Shown: positions 28,110 to 36,163 of the stretch, piece by piece
Position numbering within the stretch: position 1 is the stretch's first letter
Layout: each line of letters begins with the position of its first letter
Assembly (NCBI GenBank): GCA_938030705.1
Contig: CALHIR010000005.1
Span: forward strand, 23,231 to 87,230
Direction: 5' to 3'
Source of the DNA: Candidatus Poseidoniaceae archaeon
Lineage (GTDB): Archaea; Thermoplasmatota; Poseidoniia; Poseidoniales; Poseidoniaceae
Length of the DNA: 64,000 bases
Program-made: the position numbers and the translations under genes
The notes under the pieces: generated by a model
What the model was told of the DNA's origin: nothing
Databases searched by the model: none
Seen by the model: only the letters and a program-made list of their open reading frames with translations

Positions 28110-29483
28110 ATGTTCGCAGAAGCCATGGCGAGGTTGCCAACCCGCCCCGCACAAACGACCATCGATGAATTCCGTGAACGGCAAAGTCGTCTGATTTCGC
28201 AGTTTCGCAAAGACGATGTTTTGATTCTGGCTTCACCGCCTTTTGCTGTCCATTCCAACGATGTTGAATATCGCTACCGAACATCAAGCGACTTGTTGTA
28301 CATGACTGGATGGACCGAGCCTGAGACTGTTTTCGTCATTCGACACGACGGAAAGAATTGGATTTCTTCGCTCTTCGTCCAGCCTCAAGATACCTTGAAG
28401 GAAATTTGGGAGGGTCGTCGACCTGGTGTGAAGGGCGCCGTTTCCGGTTATGCTGTTGACAAGGCCTACAATAACGACCAACTTGAAGAAAAATTGGAAG
28501 CGTGGTTGACCGATGCTCGCCGCGTCTTTCACAGAGGAGGAGTCCACTCAGGTATTGACCGTCTCGTTGAAACAGCCGTTCAACGTCGTGATCGCGCTCG
28601 TCAACACTTTGGCTCTGGCCCAGTGGCTGTCGAAGACCCCTCCGGTATGTTGGCGGAATTACGCTTGCGAAAGTCTTCTTCGGAAATAGACCAGATGGTA
28701 TACGCCAGTAAAGTCGCCGCCATTGCTCATGAACTCGCCATGCGCCACAGCCGCGAAGGAGTAACTGAATACCAATTGCAATCCATTATTGAGGGCTTCT
28801 TTTCCTATGCAGGTGCGTCTGGGTGGTCGTACCCTTCCATCGTTGGATGTGGAGAGAACGCCACGATTCTTCATTACACCACCAACCAAGATGTATGCGG
28901 TTCAGATGAAGTGATTCTCATAGATGCTGGAGCCGAATTTCGAGGTTATGCGAGCGATATCACAAGATCATGGCCCATTTCTGGCGTTTTCTCTGAGGCT
29001 CAACGTGAAATCTACCAACTCGTTCTTGACGCTCAATTGGCTGCTATTGATGCCTGCCAAGTAGGTATGCCCTACACTGCCCCCCACGAGGCTGCTCGCA
29101 AAGTCCTCGCAGAAGGACTGATCGCACTTGGTGTTATTTCTCAACCGTTGGAGGAAGCACTCGACGTGACCACGGGCCAGTTGAAACATTGGTACATGCA
29201 CAACACAAGCCATTGGATCGGTCTTGATGTCCACGATGCTGGCGTCTACAAGCCAGGTGGAGAACCACGTCAGCTCGAACCAGGTATGTGCCTTACTGTT
29301 GAGCCTGGTTTGTATTTTGGTGCATGGCGACCTGATGTGGATTGTCCTGAGCGCTACGCCAATATTGGCATTCGAATTGAAGATGACGTGCTCATCACTG
29401 CCGATGGTCCGGTTGTGTTGACCGAAGACTGTCCAAAGACGGTTGAAGACATTGAACGCATTGTCGGCCAAGCCCTCAACTGA
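28110..29483 (+). CDS. pepP: Xaa-Pro aminopeptidase (M24B)
   Basis: AMP_N-type N-terminal domain (YRYRTSSDLLYMTGW) and pita-bread metal ligands (LIDAGAEFRGYASDITR, HWIGLDVHD, EPG...RIED). Confidence 0.85.
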   Translation: MFAEAMARLPTRPAQTTIDEFRERQSRLISQFRKDDVLILASPPFAVHSNDVEYRYRTSSDLLYMTGWTEPETVFVIRHDGKNWISSLFVQPQDTLKEIWEGRRPGVKGAVSGYAVDKAYNNDQLEEKLEAWLTDARRVFHRGGVHSGIDRLVETAVQRRDRARQHFGSGPVAVEDPSGMLAELRLRKSSSEIDQMVYASKVAAIAHELAMRHSREGVTEYQLQSIIEGFFSYAGASGWSYPSIVGCGENATILHYTTNQDVCGSDEVILIDAGAEFRGYASDITRSWPISGVFSEAQREIYQLVLDAQLAAIDACQVGMPYTAPHEAARKVLAEGLIALGVISQPLEEALDVTTGQLKHWYMHNTSHWIGLDVHDAGVYKPGGEPRQLEPGMCLTVEPGLYFGAWRPDVDCPERYANIGIRIEDDVLITADGPVVLTEDCPKTVEDIERIVGQALN

Positions 29484-29492
29484 GGTGAAGAC

Positions 29493-30680
29493 GTGGATTG
29501 GAAGAACATTCTTGAGCGTCAGTCGTCGTGGACGAGGGAACTATCTGAATCTCTTCGTTTGCGACCTGAAGAAGCCGTGATTCTCTATGATGATGCCCCT
29601 CTTCATGCTTTGATGCGTGCGGCACACCAACGCCGGATGTCCATGCACCCCAATGGAAAAGTGACCTATCTTGTTGACCGGAACATCAACTACACCAACG
29701 TGTGCACCATCAACTGCCAATTTTGCTCCTTTTATCGGCCCCCTGGCCACGAAGAGACGTATACGCAAACATACGAAGAAATCTCAACACGTGTTCGGGA
29801 ACTTGAAGCCATTGGAGGGTCGAGAATACTCATGCAAGGGGGTGTAAATCCTGCACTGCCGTTTGAATGGTACACCGATTTGATCAAACACCTTCGAAGA
29901 GAACATCCAACCATTGACCTTGATTGCTTTAGCCCCATTGAAATTGAAGGTCTTGCCGAAGTCTGTGGTATGTCTACCAAAGACGTACTGGTTCACCTCA
30001 AAGAGGCCGGTATGCACGGTCTCCCAGGTGGTGGTGCTGAAATGTTGGTTGAAGAAGTTCGCAAGGATGTTTCCCCCAAGAAAGGTGCACCCGCCAATTG
30101 GCTACGCGTCATGCGTGAGGCCCAATCACTGGGTCTAACGACCAGCGCGACCAATGTCATTGGTTTTGGTGAGGGTTCAAGTGAACGTGTGGAACATATG
30201 CTCCGGATTCGGGAACTGCAAGACCGTTCAATGAACGAACACGGTCATGGGTTCACCTCCTTCATCGCTTGGCCTGTTCAACTTGAAGTGAATTCGTTCG
30301 GCCGACGCAACCGTGGTCAAAACAAGCACGTGTTGGGTGCGGGTTCTTCGGAATACCTCCGGCATGTCGCTCTTTCTCGGCTCTTCCTTGATAATGTTGA
30401 ACACATTCAGGCCTCTTGGCCTACAATGGGCATCCACGTCGCACAAATGGCCTTGCTGGCAGGGGCTGACGATGCAGGTTCAACGATGATGGAAGAAAAT
30501 GTCGTCTCCGCTTCAGGGACGAGTAAACTCGACGCGACAGAACACGAACTCCAATCCTCCATCCTAAGGTCTGGTTTCACCCCACAACGGCGAGACAGCG
30601 ACTATATTCATTTGGAAACGCAAATCATAGCCAAAGCGAGTTCAGAACTGGCCTCTCCGCCTCCATCGCTCATGTTGTAG
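29493..30680 (+). CDS. Radical SAM enzyme of the MqnE/MqnC/CofH family
   Basis: INYTNVCTINCQFCSFYR (CxxxCxxC cluster motif in the family-typical context) and GGSRILMQGG. The GTG start is 10 nt after pepP. MqnC, MqnE and CofH cannot be told apart by eye. Confidence 0.75.
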   Translation: MDWKNILERQSSWTRELSESLRLRPEEAVILYDDAPLHALMRAAHQRRMSMHPNGKVTYLVDRNINYTNVCTINCQFCSFYRPPGHEETYTQTYEEISTRVRELEAIGGSRILMQGGVNPALPFEWYTDLIKHLRREHPTIDLDCFSPIEIEGLAEVCGMSTKDVLVHLKEAGMHGLPGGGAEMLVEEVRKDVSPKKGAPANWLRVMREAQSLGLTTSATNVIGFGEGSSERVEHMLRIRELQDRSMNEHGHGFTSFIAWPVQLEVNSFGRRNRGQNKHVLGAGSSEYLRHVALSRLFLDNVEHIQASWPTMGIHVAQMALLAGADDAGSTMMEENVVSASGTSKLDATEHELQSSILRSGFTPQRRDSDYIHLETQIIAKASSELASPPPSLML

Positions 30681-33600
30681 GTCCGTAGAACACGACCCAT
30701 ACGACGGCCCGAATGTTTCGTCCTCCATTCCCAATACCGTCGGAGGGGACGTAGTCAGCACCGTTGTAATAACCCCGATAAACCAGATGATTGGTGTTGT
30801 TGGTTCCGTTGTCAACCCAGTCCGTGATGTCATAGGTCCATTGCTTGACGTCTTGGCCTGCACACCAACCTGCTCTGCCGAACGGCCAAGAGCCAAATTG
30901 GTTTGCAACAACGCCGTTGTTGACCTCATTTTCACATCCTTCGCTGCTGTAAACGATAGGGTGCCATTCGTAGGTCTGGTGTTGGCCCATGGTGTAGTGG
31001 TGCTGATGGTCGCAGAATTCAGCGCAATTGGCCGTATCTTTGTTGAAACCATGTCCGGTGATCGTTGCGACAATTTCGACGCTTGTGGCGTAGGAAGGGA
31101 CGGTGAAGTTCATTTGGCGCACATACCGTGATTCGTTGTTGTACGTGCCATCAAACTGACCGCCGCTGAAGGCATAGGTTGCGTTTACCGCCCGTGAACC
31201 GCTCCCCCAATTGCTGAAGAGGAAAGTGACCGTCAAATCGCCTTTATTGGCTCCTGCGTACTTGAATCGTCGGTCTTCACCATCGTCCAACATGAACAGA
31301 TAGGGGGAAATGTCCGTGAGCCACATGCCTTCTCGACCGTAGGTCGTGATCCATCGTACAGATTCTGTATTGCAAACGGTATCGTTGTCACGGTCGCAAA
31401 TGAACATGTAGGCGAGGTAGTCCCACTCGTGGCAACCGCCGTAACTTCCGTCGGATTTTTGATAGCGGTTCGTACGTTCAAAGCATGCATGTTCGTGATA
31501 GACTTCCAAGGTGTCGTATGTTGACAGGTCGTTGGGTAAGTCAAACGTCGAATTGGCGAAAGAGGAATACCCCGAACCCCAACCACCTGCGTGGCGTTGG
31601 AAATCCATGATTTGAACAGCGTGGACGGCAGGGTCTTGTTCCCGAACCTTGGTGGGGAATTCAGCGACCCATTGATTCGGCTCGAAGGAAAGATGGTATG
31701 GATCATTGGATTGGCTTGTCCAGGCATAGAGCGAACCGGTTTCACGTGAGAGTTGGAACCGGTCGATGCCCATGAAAAAGGGATTGTTGAAGGAACCGAT
31801 CATCGAACCCAATCCACCGCCGAGGTTGCTTGCATCAACATCGATGTAGTGAATGCGGTCATCCCAATAGGCCTCTTCGCTCGTCGTTAATCCTGCTAAC
31901 ACGGCATTGCGCTGTTGAATGACATCGTTGTGGTAACTGTTGTCGAATGAACCGTAAAACAGATGGGTATTTTCAGGTAGATTTCGAATGAATTTTCCAG
32001 GATTTTGTCCCCATGTTGCGCCGTTGTTATTTCCGTTGGAATCGGTGTATTTGAACATGAAAAAGTAGACATCGTCGCCGGTCCACCGGTCTTTGAAATT
32101 AAACGTCCCGTTCAATGTGGGGAATGAAAATTGTGGCACCACTTGCATTGGACCGTTCAGGCTGGAGGCATCCGTCCAGTCAACTGGCAACTGCACCACC
32201 GCACAACCGTTTACGTCTACGCTCCACCGATCGGGTGAATTTTCACATGAATCAACGTTAGCAAAGACGCCATCACCGTCAATGTCTGCACAACCCGCTG
32301 CATTCACGATCAAGCCCGTAGGTGTTCCTTCACACTGGTCAAGGAGGTCATTCACCCCATCGCCATCGGTGTCCCGTTCTACAGCGGCACAACCAAATTC
32401 GTTCACGCCGGTCGCATTCATTGGCGTCTTTGGGCAACGGTCGAGTTGGTCGCCGGTGGCGTTGACATCGTTGACACCGTCGTTATCATCATCATCATCT
32501 TCTGTTGCATCCTGACAACCATCGTTGTCCCAGTCCGTGGTGTTGTCTGATACCCAGTTCGCCACCCCTTTTGCACACCCATCATCAGCGTCAACATGGT
32601 CATCGTTGTCATCGTTGTCATCCTCATCAAGGTCAGAGCATCCATCGTTGTCCCAATCACTGTATCGGTTTGAATACCATCCTTTGCGACCAACCGGGCA
32701 GAGGTCGTCAACGTCGTTCACGCCGTCGTTGTCGTCATCCTCATCTTCATCCGCATCATGGCATCCATCGTAATCGTAATCAGCCGAAGGCGTGCTTACC
32801 CATCCATAGGATTGGGCACAGAGGTCATAGGTGTCGGGAATCCCATCGTTATCGTCATCATCGTCTTCATCGTTGTCTCTGCATCCATCCTGGTCGCCGT
32901 CCGTAGCTTTGGTTGATTGCCAACCCTCGTCGGCGCCGATGCCCGATGGACAGCGATCGTACAGGTCTTGAACGCCATCACCGTCTTCATCATCACCAGC
33001 ACCCTCGATGATCACTTCGGTCGTTGCGGTGTCGCTGGAAACGCTGTAGCGGCCACAATTGGCTATGGTTGTTATGGTATGGGAGCTTGTGGCTTCGGTG
33101 AAATCCATCAGGAGTTTCCAGGCGCCCATGTCGTTGAGCGCCACGTTTCCGTCATTTCCGTCCGTGGTACTGTAGGATATTGAGCACGAATCCACATATG
33201 CGTGGCTGACGCTTCCTTCAAACCATATGACATTGGGTTGCTCAAGTACAAGCCGACTTGGCACGCTGAGAATGGGGGCGGGTTCATCCGGTGCAGCGAT
33301 GTTCAGGACGAGTACCACAGGTTGCACGCTTGGGACCAGTTCGGTCTCGCCAACATTTTCCACGGCGATAGAAACGATATGTTCTCCCGTTTCAAGCGGC
33401 GTAAACTTGAGTTGGTATCCGTTGTCAAGCTCCGTCCATCCAATGGAGGTCAACGGGGAGAAATTAGGTTGAAGTACCGAGGCCTCGATGGTCCAATCTC
33501 CTTCGCCTTCCTGCTGGATGCCGAGAACATAGGTCAGTTCCTCACCGAGTTGGGCATTGGTTGGAGCGAGGATCCATGAAGGTTCAAGGCTGTAGGTTTT

Positions 33601-33705
33601 GGCCGTAGGTTCTTCGGTTTCCGGAGCAGGTTCGGTCGCTCCAAGGCATCCTGCAAGGGCCATTATGGCGACCAAGAGGAAAGCAGACCATCGGCGAGTA
33701 TCCAT
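30670..33705 (-). CDS. Secreted multidomain protein: Ig-like N-terminus, Cys-bracketed acidic TSP3-like repeats, C-terminal PNGase F-like domain
   Basis: Signal peptide with lipobox-like LAGC. Four DxDGCxDxxEDDDDDNDG units, then OmpA-type D.DGDGV.D..D.C...P.G..V...GC units. The last ~290 aa match remembered PNGase F motifs (CHEWDYLAYMFI, ITGHGFNKDTANCAEFC, GRAGWCAGQ). Confidence 0.75.
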   Translation of the reverse strand: MDTRRWSAFLLVAIMALAGCLGATEPAPETEEPTAKTYSLEPSWILAPTNAQLGEELTYVLGIQQEGEGDWTIEASVLQPNFSPLTSIGWTELDNGYQLKFTPLETGEHIVSIAVENVGETELVPSVQPVVLVLNIAAPDEPAPILSVPSRLVLEQPNVIWFEGSVSHAYVDSCSISYSTTDGNDGNVALNDMGAWKLLMDFTEATSSHTITTIANCGRYSVSSDTATTEVIIEGAGDDEDGDGVQDLYDRCPSGIGADEGWQSTKATDGDQDGCRDNDEDDDDDNDGIPDTYDLCAQSYGWVSTPSADYDYDGCHDADEDEDDDNDGVNDVDDLCPVGRKGWYSNRYSDWDNDGCSDLDEDDNDDNDDHVDADDGCAKGVANWVSDNTTDWDNDGCQDATEDDDDDNDGVNDVNATGDQLDRCPKTPMNATGVNEFGCAAVERDTDGDGVNDLLDQCEGTPTGLIVNAAGCADIDGDGVFANVDSCENSPDRWSVDVNGCAVVQLPVDWTDASSLNGPMQVVPQFSFPTLNGTFNFKDRWTGDDVYFFMFKYTDSNGNNNGATWGQNPGKFIRNLPENTHLFYGSFDNSYHNDVIQQRNAVLAGLTTSEEAYWDDRIHYIDVDASNLGGGLGSMIGSFNNPFFMGIDRFQLSRETGSLYAWTSQSNDPYHLSFEPNQWVAEFPTKVREQDPAVHAVQIMDFQRHAGGWGSGYSSFANSTFDLPNDLSTYDTLEVYHEHACFERTNRYQKSDGSYGGCHEWDYLAYMFICDRDNDTVCNTESVRWITTYGREGMWLTDISPYLFMLDDGEDRRFKYAGANKGDLTVTFLFSNWGSGSRAVNATYAFSGGQFDGTYNNESRYVRQMNFTVPSYATSVEIVATITGHGFNKDTANCAEFCDHQHHYTMGQHQTYEWHPIVYSSEGCENEVNNGVVANQFGSWPFGRAGWCAGQDVKQWTYDITDWVDNGTNNTNHLVYRGYYNGADYVPSDGIGNGGRNIRAVVWVVFYGPTT

Positions 33706-33742
33706 GCATCACCCTTGGCGGGACTGTCTTTGAATGTGTTGT

Positions 33743-34885
33743 TTAACTCATGTCCAGTTCCGAACGTCCATCGTGAAGGGGGAGCATCGTAAGGGCCACA
33801 TCTTGAGTTGAATGCGCCACCTTGAGCGGTTGGACCCAAAGCAGGGCACCACCCTGTTTTCTGTCGATCCTCAAAATGCATTCCCAGTGAATGCGGAGAA
33901 GGTCCGTATTGACCGAACCTGGCCAAACGGGAGTAGGGGGTTGAAGTCGGAGCGGCTGCCCCTCTTCCCATCGCTGGGGTTCACCTTGAACCATGATTCG
34001 CATCGGTCGAAGGTAGAGGCCACCCTTCACTTCCTTGAGTTCCATGGGGGCATCTTCACCCCCGGCTGTACCGTCATCTAACCCCACTTCCCAGTGATGT
34101 GGGAGTTCGGTGGAAAGTCCGGGGGGCGGTTGGCGGTTTGGTACACGATCAAGGGTTTCAAGCAATACCTCCCTTGAAGGAGGCAGGACACCAACACGTA
34201 AAATGGCGTCCACATGGTTCCATGATTCATCCCATTCAGGGAAGGAGACCATGAATTCAAGCGTTTCAGCGGCAACGCTTGCTTTTCCAAATTGTATACG
34301 TGGCGGGGTCAAGTTTCGTTTCAAAAAGAGATTTTGCCGCCGCAGTTCAACCAAATTCGCGCCCACCCTCAACAGGAGAGGTGCGAAGATGAGTGGCACG
34401 ACAAAGACAGCCAAGGCGGGGTAATCAAGCAACCCCCAGCGAACGGTTTCCAATCCATAAACGGGGAGATTGAGGAACAGCAATACGGGGGAAATGAACA
34501 AGTAAAACAAGCAAATGAGGAGAACGATGACAACCCCGTTGATGAAGGAGCGAAGGATGTTGTGAATCGGATTTGGTATCAGGTACCAGCCTTGCCGTTG
34601 CCGCTTAATGAGGCGAACGTATGGCTTGTCTTCCAGCGTAGCTTCTGTGATTTTTTTGGTGATGGGTTCCTCTCCATAAATGTAGGAGCGTTCCATTATC
34701 CAATGGTCTTCGCTGCCCAAACTGAATTCAGGGCCCTCGGTTTCGAGAGCATGTTTGGCCGCTTCTGCGGTAGCGTACGCTCCAAGTGGAAGACGGTGCG
34801 TTGCGATGGGGAGGGCTTCCGCCTCCCAACGTGCGGCTTCAAACGGTGGATATCGCACACGATGTTGTTCATAGAGTGGTTTCAC
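33743..34885 (-). CDS. Hypothetical membrane protein (two central TM helices, soluble N- and C-terminal domains)
   Basis: Long ORF with hydrophobic spans INGVVIVLLICLFYLFISPVLLFL and ALAVFVVPLIFAPLLL. No recognisable motif. Confidence 0.5.
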   Translation of the reverse strand: MKPLYEQHRVRYPPFEAARWEAEALPIATHRLPLGAYATAEAAKHALETEGPEFSLGSEDHWIMERSYIYGEEPITKKITEATLEDKPYVRLIKRQRQGWYLIPNPIHNILRSFINGVVIVLLICLFYLFISPVLLFLNLPVYGLETVRWGLLDYPALAVFVVPLIFAPLLLRVGANLVELRRQNLFLKRNLTPPRIQFGKASVAAETLEFMVSFPEWDESWNHVDAILRVGVLPPSREVLLETLDRVPNRQPPPGLSTELPHHWEVGLDDGTAGGEDAPMELKEVKGGLYLRPMRIMVQGEPQRWEEGQPLRLQPPTPVWPGSVNTDLLRIHWECILRIDRKQGGALLWVQPLKVAHSTQDVALTMLPLHDGRSELDMS

Positions 34886-34894
34886 ACTACCACC

Positions 34895-36109
34895 TCAAGA
34901 GAGCAACAACCGCACCCCTGCTTTGAGTGCAAGCGGTCGAAAGGCGGGGACTTGTTTCAACAACGCCATGCCGAGAGGAACGGGTTTTTCGATGTCTCCG
35001 ACGGCGTTGATGAGATGAAGCGTATCGGGATGTGCGAAGTTGGTGAAATGTTTGTCGAGGACGTCGTCTGAGCAATCACTGACCAATAAGTTCCGCAGGG
35101 TCCGGGCTCTGTCCTGTTCCTTTTTCATCGCATTCCAAGGTTGCTTCGTGATGGCTTTGAGGTTGGCTTCATTCAGTTGATTGACTCGGATGGCTTGCAC
35201 CAAGGGCGAGAGAATGCATTGGATTTGGTGAAAGCCCGGGCCAAGTCCTCCTCCTGTTGTGGGCTTGGCCATTCCGGCTGCATCGCCCAATAACATCACT
35301 CGGTTCTTCACCGGTTTTTTGACCATACCAGATGGAACAGGCCCGCAATATCTGGCGATTTCTGAGGTTGCAGCGAACCGTTCTTTCCACAAGGGATGGT
35401 CCATCAAATCTTGATAACACGATTCAATGCTCCGTCCGTTTAAACGATCGGCTGTGGACCACAAACCAATACGATGTGTTCCAAAGCCTGAGGGGATCAC
35501 CCAAGCAAAGAAGCCGGGGGCGATACTTGAGCCACTGTACATTTCCAGCCAGCGCTCTCTGCCTTCATACCCAACAACTTCTGTCTGGAAACCAATCATC
35601 AATTCTTTTGGGCGGCCCATTTTGAAGGTGCGACGCGTCCAACTATGAGCGCCGTCGGCCCCAATGAGCAATTTGCACCGGAGGGTTCGCTCTTCGCCGC
35701 CTTTTCTGACATGGAGCATAACACCCTCTTCGTCGGTCGCTGCATCGAGCGGTACACTGTCCAACCAAAGGGAAGCTCCTGCTTCCATGCCTTGTTGAAC
35801 CACGAATTGGTCAAACCGTTTTCTGCAGACAACATACGTCCGCAGTTTGCCCTCGGTTCCGACAGGAACCAGCGTCCCACTCGGGCCGTGGATGAGAGCG
35901 CCGTCCACTTCTTGCAACACGGTTTCGTGGGCACCCACGGCGTCCATAGCAGAGGGCGTGACCAAACCCGCGCACTGGAACGGGCGACCGATTTCTTTGT
36001 GCTCTTCAAGCATCAAGACACGAAGACCTTCTCGGCTGAGGAGCGTGGCTGCACGGCCGCCTACTGGACCAGCGCCAACGATGATGACATCGTAGTCATG
36101 CTTCTCCAT
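34895..36109 (-). CDS. Geranylgeranyl reductase family flavoprotein (digeranylgeranylglycerophospholipid reductase-like)
   Basis: FAD fingerprint YDVIIVGAGPVGG, CAGLV, LIGADGAHS and LLGDAAG. Confidence 0.8.
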   Translation of the reverse strand: MEKHDYDVIIVGAGPVGGRAATLLSREGLRVLMLEEHKEIGRPFQCAGLVTPSAMDAVGAHETVLQEVDGALIHGPSGTLVPVGTEGKLRTYVVCRKRFDQFVVQQGMEAGASLWLDSVPLDAATDEEGVMLHVRKGGEERTLRCKLLIGADGAHSWTRRTFKMGRPKELMIGFQTEVVGYEGRERWLEMYSGSSIAPGFFAWVIPSGFGTHRIGLWSTADRLNGRSIESCYQDLMDHPLWKERFAATSEIARYCGPVPSGMVKKPVKNRVMLLGDAAGMAKPTTGGGLGPGFHQIQCILSPLVQAIRVNQLNEANLKAITKQPWNAMKKEQDRARTLRNLLVSDCSDDVLDKHFTNFAHPDTLHLINAVGDIEKPVPLGMALLKQVPAFRPLALKAGVRLLLS

Positions 36110-36163
36110 GCTTTTGCCTGTGAAAGGTATTGTTTCAACCTTCCTTTGACAAAGAGCACGCTA

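Noticed and set aside
32440-32900. Regularly spaced DNA repeats that could superficially resemble a CRISPR-like array
   Set aside because: The units are in-frame coding repeats (DxDGC...EDDDDDNDG) inside a long ORF. There are no unique spacers, no leader, and no cas genes in the window.
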